From Eledone cirrhosa (taxonomy: Eukaryota): a DNA stretch of 64,000 nt. The notes below the pieces were generated by a model that was not told the origin of the DNA, did no database searches, and saw nothing but the letters and a program-made list of their open reading frames with translations. The stretch covers positions 16,058,001 to 16,122,000 of the forward strand of contig OZ024752.1 in NCBI GenBank assembly GCA_964016885.1, given 5' to 3'. How positions within the stretch are numbered: the first letter of the stretch is position 1; every line of letters begins with the position of its first letter. Below, piece after piece: positions 28,814-42,935 of this stretch. The translations under genes and the position numbers were made by a program.

Positions 28814-29725
28814 ATAGAATGAAACGAAATTTCATTTCTCACTCTTAGTACGGCACTTACTTAAATGTAAATATGTATGTATGTATACGTACATACATAT
28901 ATGCACACAGACGCACAGCAGTATGTATATACACACACACGCACACACATATACATGCACGTATCGGTTCACCGAACACCCATTATAATGCTCGGTTTGT
29001 TTGTCTGTAAACAAACAAACAGCCCGAATTATGCCGTACAGTGTTTAGGCAACCACGTCACCCTTTTGTTCAACACTGACACACGAACGATGCACCAGCC
29101 TGAAGCTTATTAGCTATCGTCAGCATCGTATAACCTCCTGCCAGATGGTTGAACGTCCGAAAGTATATACTTTCCCTATGCATATTAACGGCTGAGCAGC
29201 CCAATTTGCATATCGAGTGAGTTCAGTCGGCCGGGCACACCGAAAACGACAAAGGGAATAGAATGAAACGAAATTTCATTTCTCACTCTTAGACGGCACT
29301 TACTTAAATGTAAGTATGTATGTATGTATACGTATATACATATATGCACACAGATGCACAGCAGTATGTATATACACACACACATGCACACACATATACA
29401 TGCACGTATCGGTTCACCGAACACCCATTATAATGCTCGGTTTGTTTGTCTGTAAACAAACAGCAGGAGGGTATACGATGCTGACGATAGCTAATAAGCT
29501 TGAGGCTGGTGCATCGTTCCTGTGTCAGTGTTGAACAAAAGGGTGACGTGGTTGCCTAAACACTGTACGGCATAATTCGGGCTGTTTGTTTGTTTACAGA
29601 CAAACAAACCGAGCATTATAATGGGTGTTCGGTGAACCGATACGTGCATGTATATGTGTGTGCATGTGTGTGTGTATATATATATATTGCTGTGCGTCTG
29701 TGTGCATATATGTATGTACGTATAC
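28812..29725. mobile_element. retrozyme-like family R1 second subfamily, inverted pair, ~444-nt monomer
   Basis: GAATAGAATGAAACGAAATTTC at 28812 and 29256; HHR remnants 29087-29129 (-) and 29475-29517 (+) with GAAA changed to GAGG. Confidence 0.75.
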
Positions 29726-29968
29726 ATATATATATATATATTTGTGTATTTATTAAAATAACAGATTAAAGTTTAAGCAAAGAATCGCTGCTTTCACCCT
29801 TAACGGGATTATCAGAAGATCCCGTTAAGGGTGAAAGCACTGATTCTTTGCTTAAACTTTAATCTGTTATTTTAATAAATATTTGGTCTACGGTTCTTAT
29901 ATATTTTATATATATTTATCCTTATCGAGCCCTCTTTGGATTTTAGTCTTCAAATATATTATTATTAC

Positions 29969-30155
29969 TGGCGGATTGGCAGTATCGGTAGAGAGTCGGA
30001 CGCCATGCTTTCCAGCATAGTTACGTCCCTTTACGGTCTGAGTTCAAATCCCGCCGAGGTTCACTTTGCCTTTCATCCTTACGGGGTCGATAAAATAAAG
30101 TACCAGTAATGTACTGGTTAATTGTTGACCTTGTGCCTAAAGTAGAAACAATTAT
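29969..30155 (+). mobile_element. tRNA-derived SINE
   Basis: Same family as 20847-21037. Confidence 0.85.
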
Positions 30156-30195
<40 letters not shown>

Positions 30196-30256
30196 GGTAT
30201 AGACCGAACGGTGTAGATGCCGTGCAGCATGTACTATTCGATTTGTTTAAGGCAAT

Positions 30257-31009
<753 letters not shown>

Positions 31010-31772
31010 TCCATTTAAAGTGTATGAGTATATTTCGTTTGCATATGTGATGATATTTTCTTCCTTGATATATATATATGAATTTATTGTTGAACAGAAG
31101 TGTATAATCATGAAAATGATATTAAAATATTAAATAGTACGAGAAAAAGAAGGAAATCAAATGAAACATGGGGAGGGGAAGGGAAGATTGGGACCAAATT
31201 CTACACCCTTAGCTAGGCGGTATTTCTCCGATGGGACATGCGGATGATATGGTGAAAGCATTGCCGCGAGAAACTGATCACAATGCCGAGATTGCGCATT
31301 TTCAGTTCATGTGTGATTGTTATTAATGGACATTTTGAAATTTAGAATCTTACTACGTTTTAGCGAGTTTTTCAAGCGATTCTTTTGATGTAGCTTAAAC
31401 TTGTTGTTGAAATGTATTTTACGATAATATCTAAATGTGAAAATTTACGATGAAGTTTGATGATTATTTTCTGAATGGCTTAAGCCGGTGTATTTTCTGT
31501 TTAAAACCAGTCTATAGCAGCATTTCATTAACGTTTAATACCTTTAGAAAATTGAATGATATTATAGATAAAAATATTACTTGTTATCTGAGATTTTCAG
31601 TCAACAAAATACTACTGCTGAGAAAGCTGCCTAGCTGCTTTGTGATTTCAAATTGTGTTAAATACATTCCATTAATTCTATAACGATTACATATCGAACC
31701 TTGAGCTGATCAATAGCGAAACGCACGTCACAAATCAATAAACGTAATGAAGGCTTAACAAATCGTCTTTGT

Positions 31773-31825
<53 letters not shown>

Positions 31826-32189
31826 AAGCATAATGCATTGTGTAGTTGAGATTGCATTCATACTACGTACTACGTTATGCTTGTATTTGGCAATCATCTG
31901 CATTCTATTTGTCTGAGTGAAGTGTAAGACATTTATGCGTATATTAACGCCACTACTTTCGGTGAATGACTAGTATTCACATCTAAAAAAAACACTTCAA
32001 CTTTATAAAGATTCCTTAAATAATTAGAGCTGGTGAGCATCCTGGCTGAGAACAGAACACCAAGCAATGGAAAAGATTTGAGTTTGAAATCACTGAGATA
32101 TGATTTGTAAGCATGTTTGATTCGTTTAAACCAGAGGTTCTCAAACGTTTTTTTCGAAGATGCGGTGGTTTTTCTTAATATTTATATTG

Positions 32190-33575
32190 CAAAAATAAAC
32201 TTGCTGTTATGTCAACTGACTCAACTTCATGCCGGTGTACTCAAAATAAACTTGCTGTTATGTCAACTGACTCAACTTCATGTCGGTGTACTCAAAATAA
32301 ACTTGCTGTTATGTCAACTGACTCAACTTCATGCCGGTGTACTCAAAATAAACTTGCTGTTATTTCAACTGACTCAACTTCATGCCGGTGTACTCAAAAT
32401 AAACTTGCTGTTATGTCAACTGACTCAACTTCATGTCGGTGTACTCAAAATAAACTTGCTGTTATGTCAACTGACTCAACTTCATGTCGGTGTACTCAAA
32501 ATAAACTTGCTGTTATGTCAACTGACTCAACTTCATGTCGGTGTACTCAAAATAAACTTGCTATTATGTCAACTGACTCAACTTCATGCCGGTGTACTCA
32601 AAATAAACTTGCTGTTATGTCAACTGACTCAACTTCATGCCGGTGTACTCAAAATAAACTTGCTGTTATGTCAACTGACTCAACTTCATACCGGTGTACT
32701 CGAAATAAACTTGCTGTTATGTCAACTGACTCAACTTTATGTCGGTGTACTCAAAATAAACTTGCTGTTATGTCAACTGACTCAACTTCATGCCAGTGTA
32801 CTCAAAATAAACTTGGTGGTATGTCAACTGACTCAACTTCATGCCGGTGTACTCAAAATAAACTTGCTGTTATGTCAACTGACTCAACTTTATGTCAGTG
32901 TACTCAAAATAAACTTGGTGTTATGTCAACTGACTCAACTTCATGTCGGTGTAGTCAAAATAAACTTGGTGTTATGTCAACTGACTCAACTTTATGTCGG
33001 TGTACTCAAAATAAACTTTGTGGTATGTCAACTGACTCAGCTTTATGTCGGTGTACTCAAAATAAACTTGCTGTTATGTCAACTGACTCAACTTTATGCC
33101 GGTGTACTCAAAATAAACTGGGTGGTATGTCAACTGACTCAACTTCATGCCGGTGTACTCAAAATAAACTTTCTGTTATGTCAACTGACTCAACTTTATG
33201 TCGGTGTACTCAAAATAAACTTGGTGTTATGTCAACTGACTCAACTTCATGTCGGTGTACTCAAAATAAACTTGGTGGTATGTCAACTGACTCAACTTTA
33301 TGCCGGTGTACTCAAAATAAACTTGCTGTTATGTCAACTGACTCAACTTTATGCCGGTGTACTCAAAATAAACTTGCTGTTATGTCAACTGACTCAACTT
33401 TATTCCGGTGTACTCAAAATAAACTTGGTGTTATGTCAACTGACTCAACTTTATGTCGGTGTACTCAAAATAAACTTGGTGTTTATGTCAACTGACTCAA
33501 CTTTATGTCGGTGTACTCAAAATAAACTTGCTGTTATGTCAACTGACTCAACTTTATGTCGGTGTATTCAAAAAT
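32190..33575. repeat. 51-bp tandem satellite, ~27 copies
   Basis: Unit AAAATAAACTTGCTGTTATGTCAACTGACTCAACTTCATGCCGGTGTACTC; explains the 17-aa repeat ORFs. Confidence 0.97.
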
Positions 33576-33710
33576 ATTAACCATAAAAAACACATAAAAT
33601 ACAATAAAAATATAAAATCGCAAATGTTAAAATATACAGTATAATTTTGGATATGCCTTGTAGCGGTTTATTGTGGGGTTTAATTTGACTTTCGTCGTTT
33701 TTCGACTTAA

Positions 33711-33931
33711 CCCTTTAGCATTTAAACAGGCTGTATCCGGTTAACATTCTGTCACCTCTTTCTGTTTAAACTGGCCGTAACTGGCCCCTCAAACTTATGT
33801 TAAGGTATTGTTCTCAAAATAAATAATATCAAAATTTCATAGATTCGATATTATGTGAGATAATTATGTAAGGTAAAGCCTTTACCATGAAAATATAATA
33901 GTAAATATAGAGTAATGTAAATGCTAAAGCG
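33711..33931. mobile_element. piggyBac-like MITE
   Basis: TTAA|CCCTTTAGCATTT ... AAATGCTAAAGCG|TTAA: terminal inverted repeat plus TTAA duplication. Confidence 0.75.
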
Positions 33932-34599
33932 TTAACTCTTGAATTCTGGAATCAATTAACGGTGTGGGGCGAGGAATACCTGAGGTTACCTTACATTCAA
34001 TTGTTCCATATCTCTATAATTTAAGCAAGCATATAGTAAACTCTAGAAACAGTAAAAGTTGACAGTAATAACGTATTAAAAATACTGGTTTGTTTGTTTT
34101 ACCTACTGTTTTACCTCCAAAGAAGCATATATGAATATGTACAGTGACAGATACAGATATATAGAAATATGCGTGGTTTGGGAAAGAGAAGAATAGGTAT
34201 TTAGAGTAAGAGACAGAGAAGAAGATATAGTTAGAAATATAGAAACAAGCACATGTAACAATGTACACATATCTTTATTGTGTTTATATATACGTTGTAG
34301 ATAGTTTACTATGTGTATTATAGTTTCTGTAAGTGTTTTTGTGTGTGCGCTTGTATGTAAATATGTTTCTTTGTGTATGCGCATTTTGTGTTTACATAGT
34401 GTCTGAGTTATGTTGAAAATATCATATCAAATGAGAGCGAGGAGGAATCAAAAGAGTTTGTGATCAAAACGATTCAATCAGACACTAAGAACGATCAAAT
34501 GAGAAATCTATTCCCAAAAGTATTGCTTTGAGAAGATTCAAAATCTATTAAATCCAGTTGAAACCATCATAGAAACTAAATTTCTTGGTTTAGATAATA

Positions 34600-34728
34600 C
34601 GTTGCTCGGGATTTGCTCTAGGGTTCTTATATATTTGATATATATTTATCCTTATCGTGCCTCGTGAAATAAATACTTTTGTTTATATTTTATTATTGTG
34701 TATGCAAAATTATCTGTACACAAATATA

Positions 34729-34802
<74 letters not shown>

Positions 34803-35342
34803 TAACAGATTACAATTTAAGCAAAGAGTCGCTGCTTTCACCCTTAACGGAATCTTCTGAAACTAAAAAAATCAATCCGTGAACGCAGAAGTAAATATTT
34901 CGAAAACCGTTACACACTATATATATACACACTATATATACATATATACACACACACACATATAGCGTCATAATGTTGTAATGCAGACAGCCAGACATAC
35001 AGACAGATATTATAAGGGCACAATGTTATATCTATGTATCTATCTAAAAAGAAAGACTAAGAATTACAGAGAGAGATCGTTTTTTCGCCTAATGCGGTGC
35101 CTAGAGCATTGAAAAATTGAAAGTTTGAAAAAAGTCAGTTGGGTGGTTCTCAAGTTTTAGGGAGTCAGACAGACAGACATTCTCTCTTTTAGATATATAG
35201 CCTAGCAGAATGGCCCCGCGTGGCTCGGGATTTGCTCTAGGGTTCTTATATACTTGATATATATTTATCCTTATCGGGCCTCGTGAAATAAATAAGTTTG
35301 TTTATATTTTGTTATTGTGTATGTGCAAAAATATCTGTACAC

Positions 35343-35345
<3 letters not shown>
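34600..35345 (-). mobile_element. non-autonomous Helitron fragments with head-to-tail junction
   Basis: GACAGACAGACA..AGATATATAG (5' end on minus) abuts CTAG-CAGAATGG-CCCCGCGTGGCTCGGG (3' end with hairpin) at ~35200; 34600-34720 repeats 35221-35345. Confidence 0.6.
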
Positions 35346-35408
<63 letters not shown>

Positions 35409-35651
35409 ATACTTGGGGAGGGTCATATTTGTGTAATATTGCCAGAATTAATAACAGAACACACTCACTGTTTGGTTGGTTTTCGCTCCTCGCTGTCTTT
35501 TATATCTGCGATCTAACTTAATCGGTCCTCAATGTTGCCATTGACTGACCGACGGTCAAAAATAATACAGATACAATATAGACACAAACACATATATATA
35601 GTTTACATAATTTACATAAATCTTTCGTTGCACATCTGCAATTCATCGCGG

Positions 35652-35709
<58 letters not shown>

Positions 35710-36204
35710 TAAAATAACAGATTAAAGTTTAAGCAAAGAATCGTTAACAGTGAAAGCAGCGATTCTTTGCTTAAACTTTAATCTGTTATTTTAATAAATA
35801 TTTCCTCTACGGTTCTTATATATTTGATATATATTTATCCTTATCGAGCCCTCTTTGCATTTTAGTCTTCAAATTTATTATTATTACTATATATATATAT
35901 ATATATAACAGTACAGAGAAGTACGGAATACCTCGGCTTCTGGATGGTGTCTACATTTTGTGCTTATAAACAAAATTCGTCGTAGATTACCAGGGGTTTT
36001 TTCCGTGCGAAGAAAATCAATACTTTATCGCGAAATAAATACTTTTGTTTATATTTTGTTATTATGTATGCAAAAATGATATATATTTATCCTTATCGAG
36101 CCTCATGAAATAAATATGTTTGTTTATAGATTACACTTTTGAAACTTCATTTGATTAGATCTGAAACATATGTTGTTGTTGTTTTAAGTTATTAATCAGT
36201 TTGT

Positions 36205-36222
36205 TCTGTATTTCTTTTGCAG
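36205..36222 (+). promoter_or_regulatory. probable splice acceptor before the GPCR coding exon
   Basis: Pyrimidine tract TTTCTTTTGCAG ending at 36222, 88 nt before the ATG; in-frame stop at 36293. Confidence 0.6.
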
Positions 36223-36310
36223 AATCTAATTCAACTTGGAATTCTGAAAGATAGACAAATGGAAAACGCTGGACAATACTAACCAAAAGAAATAAATTAA
36301 TTTAACGGTG

Positions 36311-37504
36311 ATGTCTGTAACAACCGACGACTTCGTGAAGGACGAGATGGCAAATACGGATTCCAGTATAGACTGGGAAACAAGTTCCCCGTCAATACTA
36401 AGAGATATTTATCCTTTTATAATTAAAAGAGATTCAGTTGATGAAATTGCAGTCCCTGTCCTCGGTTATATAACTCCCCCTCTGGCAGTCATCACAATTA
36501 TTACGAACTCTTTAGTTGTGATTGTTCTCATGAAGAGAAATATGAAATCCCCTACAAACTGTGTACTTATTGGTATGGCACTGTCTGACATGTTTACTGG
36601 AGTTATACCAATGCCCTTGTATATTTATTTCTACGCAGCAGGCTACTATAAGGATTATGTGCCAAACTGGTGTTGCAGGATCTACCACGTATTCACATTA
36701 TATATGCCCACTATTTTCCATACAGCTTCAATATGGTTGACCCTCACTCTGGCAATACAGCGATACATATATATTTGTCATTCCTTCAGGGCGCGTACAT
36801 GGTGTACTATAAATAATGTTATCAAAGGAACTTTTGCGATTTACGCAATCGCAACTCTTTTTCATTTAACACGATTTTTTGAATATGACTTTCAATCAGT
36901 TGAACTAATGTCCCTGCTCTTTAGAAACCAAACTGTTGTTGGTTGCTATCTTATTCGTTCTAAATGGCTTATCAATTGGACAGATTTATACTATAATGTA
37001 TATTACTGGTCTCGCGTGATTTTTGTTCATTTAATACCCTGCATAGCGTTAGTTGTGCTCAATGGTTTGCTTATACACGCCATGACACTTGCCAAGAGGC
37101 GGAGGAAATTATTAATTAAACAAAACAAACGAAATGAATCCAAAAAGATTAAAGATACAAACTGCACAACTCTGATGCTTGTAGCAGTTGTCTTTTTATT
37201 TTTGCTGGTTGAGGTGCCCCTGGGTATTTTAATGATAATTAATATCATGCAGAATACGTTAAAAATCACTATTTTCCCAAACAATGTGATTTTCGTGACC
37301 AGCTCCATTATAAATATGATGATTATGCTATCGTACCCGTTAAACTTTTTTATATATTGTGCAATGAGCAAACAGTTTCGAAATACATTCAAACGCATGT
37401 TCTGTGGAGGCCCAGTGCCAGTCGATCGAGAAAGTTCTCAATACATGACGCTACCAACTGAAAATGGCAAAACGATCACTACTACAGATGAAACAAAGCT
37501 TTGA
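36311..37504 (+). CDS. SPR: sex peptide receptor / myoinhibitory peptide (allatostatin-B, Wamide) receptor-like rhodopsin-class GPCR
   Basis: Intact 397-codon ORF with 7 hydrophobic segments; MKSPTNCVL, MPTIFHTASIWLTLTLAIQRYIYICH (QRY in place of DRY), VHLIPC, TTLMLV, SYPLNFFIYCAMSKQFRNTFK typical of SPR/MIPR; ATG at 36311 (alternative 36347). Confidence 0.93.
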   Translation: MSVTTDDFVKDEMANTDSSIDWETSSPSILRDIYPFIIKRDSVDEIAVPVLGYITPPLAVITIITNSLVVIVLMKRNMKSPTNCVLIGMALSDMFTGVIPMPLYIYFYAAGYYKDYVPNWCCRIYHVFTLYMPTIFHTASIWLTLTLAIQRYIYICHSFRARTWCTINNVIKGTFAIYAIATLFHLTRFFEYDFQSVELMSLLFRNQTVVGCYLIRSKWLINWTDLYYNVYYWSRVIFVHLIPCIALVVLNGLLIHAMTLAKRRRKLLIKQNKRNESKKIKDTNCTTLMLVAVVFLFLLVEVPLGILMIINIMQNTLKITIFPNNVIFVTSSIINMMIMLSYPLNFFIYCAMSKQFRNTFKRMFCGGPVPVDRESSQYMTLPTENGKTITTTDETKL

Positions 37505-37727
37505 AACATCTTCATTCTCTATTGACTCTTTGTAATTGAAAAGATAAAATAAGCCAGAAGTATAAAGCTGTTTATCTCCAAAAACTGACTTTGAAGCTAA
37601 GTAGAAGATAAGCTACGAATATGGAACATATGCTGTAAAGACAAACAGTTTACGATTCTTAATTACAACAAAACTTTTCTGTAAAACAAATGTGTGTGTA
37701 TATATATACGTGTGTGTGTGTGTGTGT

Positions 37728-37792
<65 letters not shown>

Positions 37793-38417
37793 TGTGGGTG
37801 TGTGGGTGTGGGTGTGTGCGCGCGTGCGTGTGTGCGCGTGTGTGTGTGTGAGCGAATGTCTGTGAGTATTTTGTGCGTGTGTATGTGAGGGCGATTGCGT
37901 GTGTATGTCAGTGTATGTCTGTATTTGCAAGTAATTAAATGAATGGGTGAGTGAGTGAATAAATGTGTAAGTTTTCTTCTATCGAACAACTGCAAATATT
38001 CAATATACCAACTCACAAATCATAAACATTGCAATTCATAGCCACTGGGAGTAGGGTAAGACATTAAAATATATGGCTAAATGTACATAATAATGACGAT
38101 CTGACGATGGGTACCAGTGGTGTTGAAGGGAGATTTTCTTATTCATTTATAACTACAAACTATATATTACTTTTACAACCCCGTTAGGAACAATATTCTA
38201 TATTAATATATAAACACACCAACAACAACACACTTCGACACACTTCCACACACACACATATATATATACAAACACATACACGAACACACACATATACATA
38301 CATATATATATGTGTGTGTGTGTGTGTAAATATGTATATATATATGTATATATATATTTATATACACACGGTATATATACACATTGTATATATATATATA
38401 TATATACAGTGTATACA

Positions 38418-38453
<36 letters not shown>

Positions 38454-38492
38454 TGTATATATATATATATATGTGTATATACAGTATTTACA

Positions 38493-38532
<40 letters not shown>

Positions 38533-38551
38533 TATATATATATACACAGTG

Positions 38552-38610
<59 letters not shown>

Positions 38611-38729
38611 ATATACAGTATTTACAGTATATATATATATACACAGACATATATATGTATATATATATATATTTATATACAGTATATATATATATATATG
38701 TGTCTGTGTGTGTATGTATATACAGTATA

Positions 38730-38771
<42 letters not shown>

Positions 38772-38775
<4 letters not shown>

Positions 38776-39115
38776 AAAGAACACAAGAGCGTCTACAACA
38801 TCAAAAGATTTTTATTGGCTTACAATATTTCTTCCTTACGTAACCGTAGGATTCGTCAGAGCTATAAAAGGGGTTTGATTGGTGTTATGGACTCTACCAA
38901 CCAAACATTCAAGAACAAAGAATAAAGAGAGTAAAGAGCAAAAGTAGGGGACGATAAGTCTAATTTTGGTGCGGGAGGGTGGGGGGTGGGTCCTTGTTTA
39001 CTAGCTGCGGTCATATTCATTCCCGGGAGTCGAGTGGTTAGCTGAACCATAGATGGGGTGGCGTCGATAGTATGGTGCAGAGGGTGCGCAGAGGCTACAC
39101 AAACACAAAGGGCAT

Positions 39116-39154
<39 letters not shown>

Positions 39155-39730
39155 CGGAGGAGAAAGTACATGAGGTACTTAGAAATGGAAAAAGAGTAAT
39201 AATAATAATCTATAATTAATAATGTATAATAAGGCATGGGCAAGATTACACTATAATAAGGTATAAAAGTAAGAATAAGGTAAAATATAAAGGAGGATAA
39301 AAGTGGAAATACTAAAGATAAAAAAATATATATGTAAAAAAATATATAGAGAATATATAAAGAAATATAAGCGAATATTTGGAGGGGAAAACACAATGTA
39401 AAAAAACCGATTTTTTCAAATGCACCATACTATCGACGCCACCCCATCTATGGTTCAGCTAACCACTCGACTCCCGGGAATGAATATGACCGCAGCTAGT
39501 AAACAAGGACCCACACCCCACCCTCCCGCACCAAAATTAGACTTATCGTCCCCTACTTTTGCTCTTTACTCTCTTTACTCTTTGTTCTTGAATGTTTGGT
39601 TGGTAGAGTCCATAACACCAATCAAACCCCTTTTATAGCTCTGACGAATCCTACGGTTACGTAAGGAAGAAACATTGTAAGCCAATAAAAATATTTTGAT
39701 GTTGTAGACGCTCTTGTGTTCTTTATCATA
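38772..39730. mobile_element. HHR-bearing element, tails-out inverted pair (~307-bp arms)
   Basis: 38772-39079 is the reverse complement of 39421-39730 with few mismatches. Confidence 0.8.
39631..39690 (+). ncRNA. type I hammerhead ribozyme motif
   Basis: TTTTATAGCT-CTGACGA-ATCCTACG(GTTA)CGTAAGGAA-GAAA-CATTG-TA-AGCCAATAAAA; inverted copy 38810-38869. Confidence 0.82.
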
Positions 39731-39922
39731 TATACGGCTCTGCTCCAAAGCATAGAGCTAATTATTATGCTGCCAATACCTTAATGGGACACGGGTATAC
39801 AATACCTAACTCCTATTAACCTAAGTATATTATCCTAAACCGACGGTAGTCGGTTTAGTAATATTGTTGTCTTAGTGATTTCGTTGGCATATATATATGT
39901 GTGTGTGTGTGTGTATATACAG

Positions 39923-39953
<31 letters not shown>

Positions 39954-39974
39954 TATATATATATATATACAGAG

Positions 39975-40018
<44 letters not shown>

Positions 40019-40221
40019 AAATGGTTGCTCGTCAATTAAGCGTCATAGAAAAAAATATGTGACTTCCAGCGGCCTGTCATGGAGGCCCAATATTAATATT
40101 ACACATATATTTTCTATAGTAAGACAGTATTATATCATCAAGTTGAATTGCTCACCACAATTATCCTAGGGTGTTTCCATGAATATATATAGGTATATTT
40201 AGGTAAAAATAGGTAAATATA

Positions 40222-40360
40222 GGCGCATGGCTTAGTGTTTAGAGAATTGAGATTGCAATCGAAAGGTTGTGAGTTCGATACTCGGACCGGGTGATGAGTT
40301 GTTTCCTTGAGCAAGGCACTTTATTTCACGTTCCTCCAGTTTACTCAGCTGTAGAAATGA
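40222..40360 (+). mobile_element. tRNA-derived SINE (second family, V-like domain)
   Basis: Box A TGGCTTAGTG, box B GAGTTCGATAC, then CCTTGAGCAAGGCACTT; another copy at 56879-56995. Confidence 0.75.
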
Positions 40361-40702
40361 GATGATAGGACTGGGGGTCTCTATCATTAGATCACCCAAG
40401 ACACCGCTAACGAGATATACCTTGGAGGAGGCCAGCTAAACCTGCATAGGTGTGAGCTGTCATACACACACACATATATATGTGTGTGTTTGTGTGTAAG
40501 TATGCACTCGTACACACATATATATTATACACATATGTATATATACATACACACGCATATATATACATATAAATATGTACGTATGGCTTATGTCGAACAT
40601 TAACCTTATGGTGGTTTCATTTGTAAACAAACGACCCAATTTGAAGCTGTGTCGTGCCAGTGACGTATCTTCACCTGTTTGTTCAACACTGGCTTTGAGG
40701 AA

Positions 40703-40743
40703 CAATCAACATGTTTCTGGGTCAGTATCCTTCATCAGAACTA
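40703..40743 (-). ncRNA. minimal hammerhead motif in diverged family R1 copy
   Basis: TAGTT-CTGATGA-AGG(ATACTGA)CCCA-GAAA-CATG-TT-GATTG; palindrome ACATGT. Confidence 0.7.
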
Positions 40744-40939
40744 TATACCTCTGCTAGACACTGGAAAATATATAGTATTCTCTTAAGTACACATCGGCTG
40801 AGTAGCCTCATTTGCATATGTGTATCTATATATATACATGTGTGTGTGGTGTGTGTGCGTATATACTTACATGTATGTATCAGCTGTGCTAGGGTGAGAA
40901 ATAAAATTGTAATTTTATTTATATATATATATATATATT

Positions 40940-40982
<43 letters not shown>

Positions 40983-40984
40983 GT

Positions 40985-41064
<80 letters not shown>

Positions 41065-41066
41065 GT

Positions 41067-41155
<89 letters not shown>

Positions 41156-41809
41156 CGTGTATGTGTGTATGGATATATATAAATTGATTGATTGATATCA
41201 TGCTTAAGGTGAGTTGTCTTTTCTTCCCTCTTTCTCAGTCCCTCATGCTTTCATTCTTTCTTTCTCTCCCTTCTCTCTCACCGCTCTCTTTCTTTCCCCC
41301 TCTATCTCCCACCGTCACTTTCTTCCTCCCCCTCTATCTCCCACCGTCACTTTCTTCCTCCCCCTCTCTCCCTTCTGCGGGCCAGCTCTACTGACGCCAA
41401 TATTCTTCTCTTCTCACGTAGACTTGGCGTCGATCAGACGCACTCCATCTTTCTCTCTCTCTCTCTAACCTGTCCCAACACAAACATTATATGAACGAAG
41501 ATATTTATTTCTCCGTTACGAGCCTCCTAGTCTTCGCAGTAATCTCATTAATTCGTTAAAACTGCACTTGGTTGAGATCTGAAGAGAATTATATAATGGT
41601 TGTGATCTGTTCACTCTCATCCCTTCTATTTCTTCCTTCCTATCTTATGTTCTTTTCTTCGAGTCAACTCACACTGAGCCACTGAGCCCTTTCCTTCGAG
41701 CTAATATTTAACCCGACACCGCTTCGACGGTATTTTGCTGTTTTAGCAGCTTCCATGCTCCGAGTTTTTCCATTTTCCTGAAAAAGAAATATATACATGC
41801 GTATATATG

Positions 41810-41877
<68 letters not shown>

Positions 41878-41882
<5 letters not shown>

Positions 41883-42935
41883 GGTAATGAATTCTTTTAC
41901 AATGGAATTAGCTCGAAGGAGGAAAATACCCACTGAGCCGTGTATAAACTAATATGTATGTGATGAAACACAGATACCAACACATATGTATATATATTGC
42001 AAAAGAAAATTTAGCCAGATTGAAGTATACTAATTATTATACTACAGTTTGTCCATATCGATTTAAAATAATAAATCAACAAAGACGAACTGTATTGCCA
42101 AGAGGCTATGATGTTTAGACACATTTAAATTTCAAAATCAAACCTGTTCCGTAGATAAGTTTAAACTTTAAAATCCAAATATGTTTCGAGATAAATAAGT
42201 GTAGGAATATCATGTCCTGCTCTCCTCAGTAAACATCCAGGGACAAATTGATATGCTTCACTTCTAAATAATTTAAAAGACTGCGTGACGCACATGGTTT
42301 AACAGTATCTAGCTAGTCTCATAACCGTACTGCTAGAAATAACAGTCGTATATATGAGGCGGCTTTCAGCTCAGACTAGGAGCAGTTATATTAATAAGGT
42401 AATGAATTCTTTTACAATGGAATTAGCTCGGTGGGTATTTTCCTCCTTCGAGCTAATTCCATTGTAAAAGAACTCATTACCTTATTAATATAACTGCTCC
42501 TAGTCTGAGCTGAAAGCCGCCTCGTATATACGACTGTTATTTCTAGCAGTACGGTTATGAGACTAGCTAGATACTGTTAAACCATGTGCGTCACGCAGTC
42601 TTTTAAATTATTTAGAAGTGAAGCATATCAATTTGTCCCTGGATGTATACTGAGGAGAGCAGGACATGATATTCCTACACTTATTTATCTCGAAACATAT
42701 TTGGATTTTAAAGTTTAAACTTATCTACGGAACAGGTTTGATTTTGAAATTTAAATGTGTCTAAACATCATAGCCTCTTGGCAATACAGTTCGTCTTTGT
42801 TGATTTATTATTTTAAATCGATATGGACAAACTGTAGTATAATAATTAGTATACTTCAATCTGGCTAAATTTTCTTTTGCAATATATATACAGATGTGTT
42901 GGTATCTGTGTTTCATCACATACATATTAGTTTAT
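41878..42935. mobile_element. ~1-kb near-perfect inverted pair of a ~515-nt partial-tandem unit
   Basis: 41878-41915 repeats at 42393-42430; 42431-42935 is the reverse complement of the unit; (TA)n flanks; HHR-like CTGAGGA-GAG..CTC-GAAA-CATA-TT at 42645-42706. Confidence 0.8.

Noticed and set aside
32117-33580. 487-aa and 428-aa repeat proteins or a CRISPR-like array
   Set aside because: Pure 51-bp tandem repeat (multiple of 3) with no unique spacers and no cas genes; open frames are a by-product
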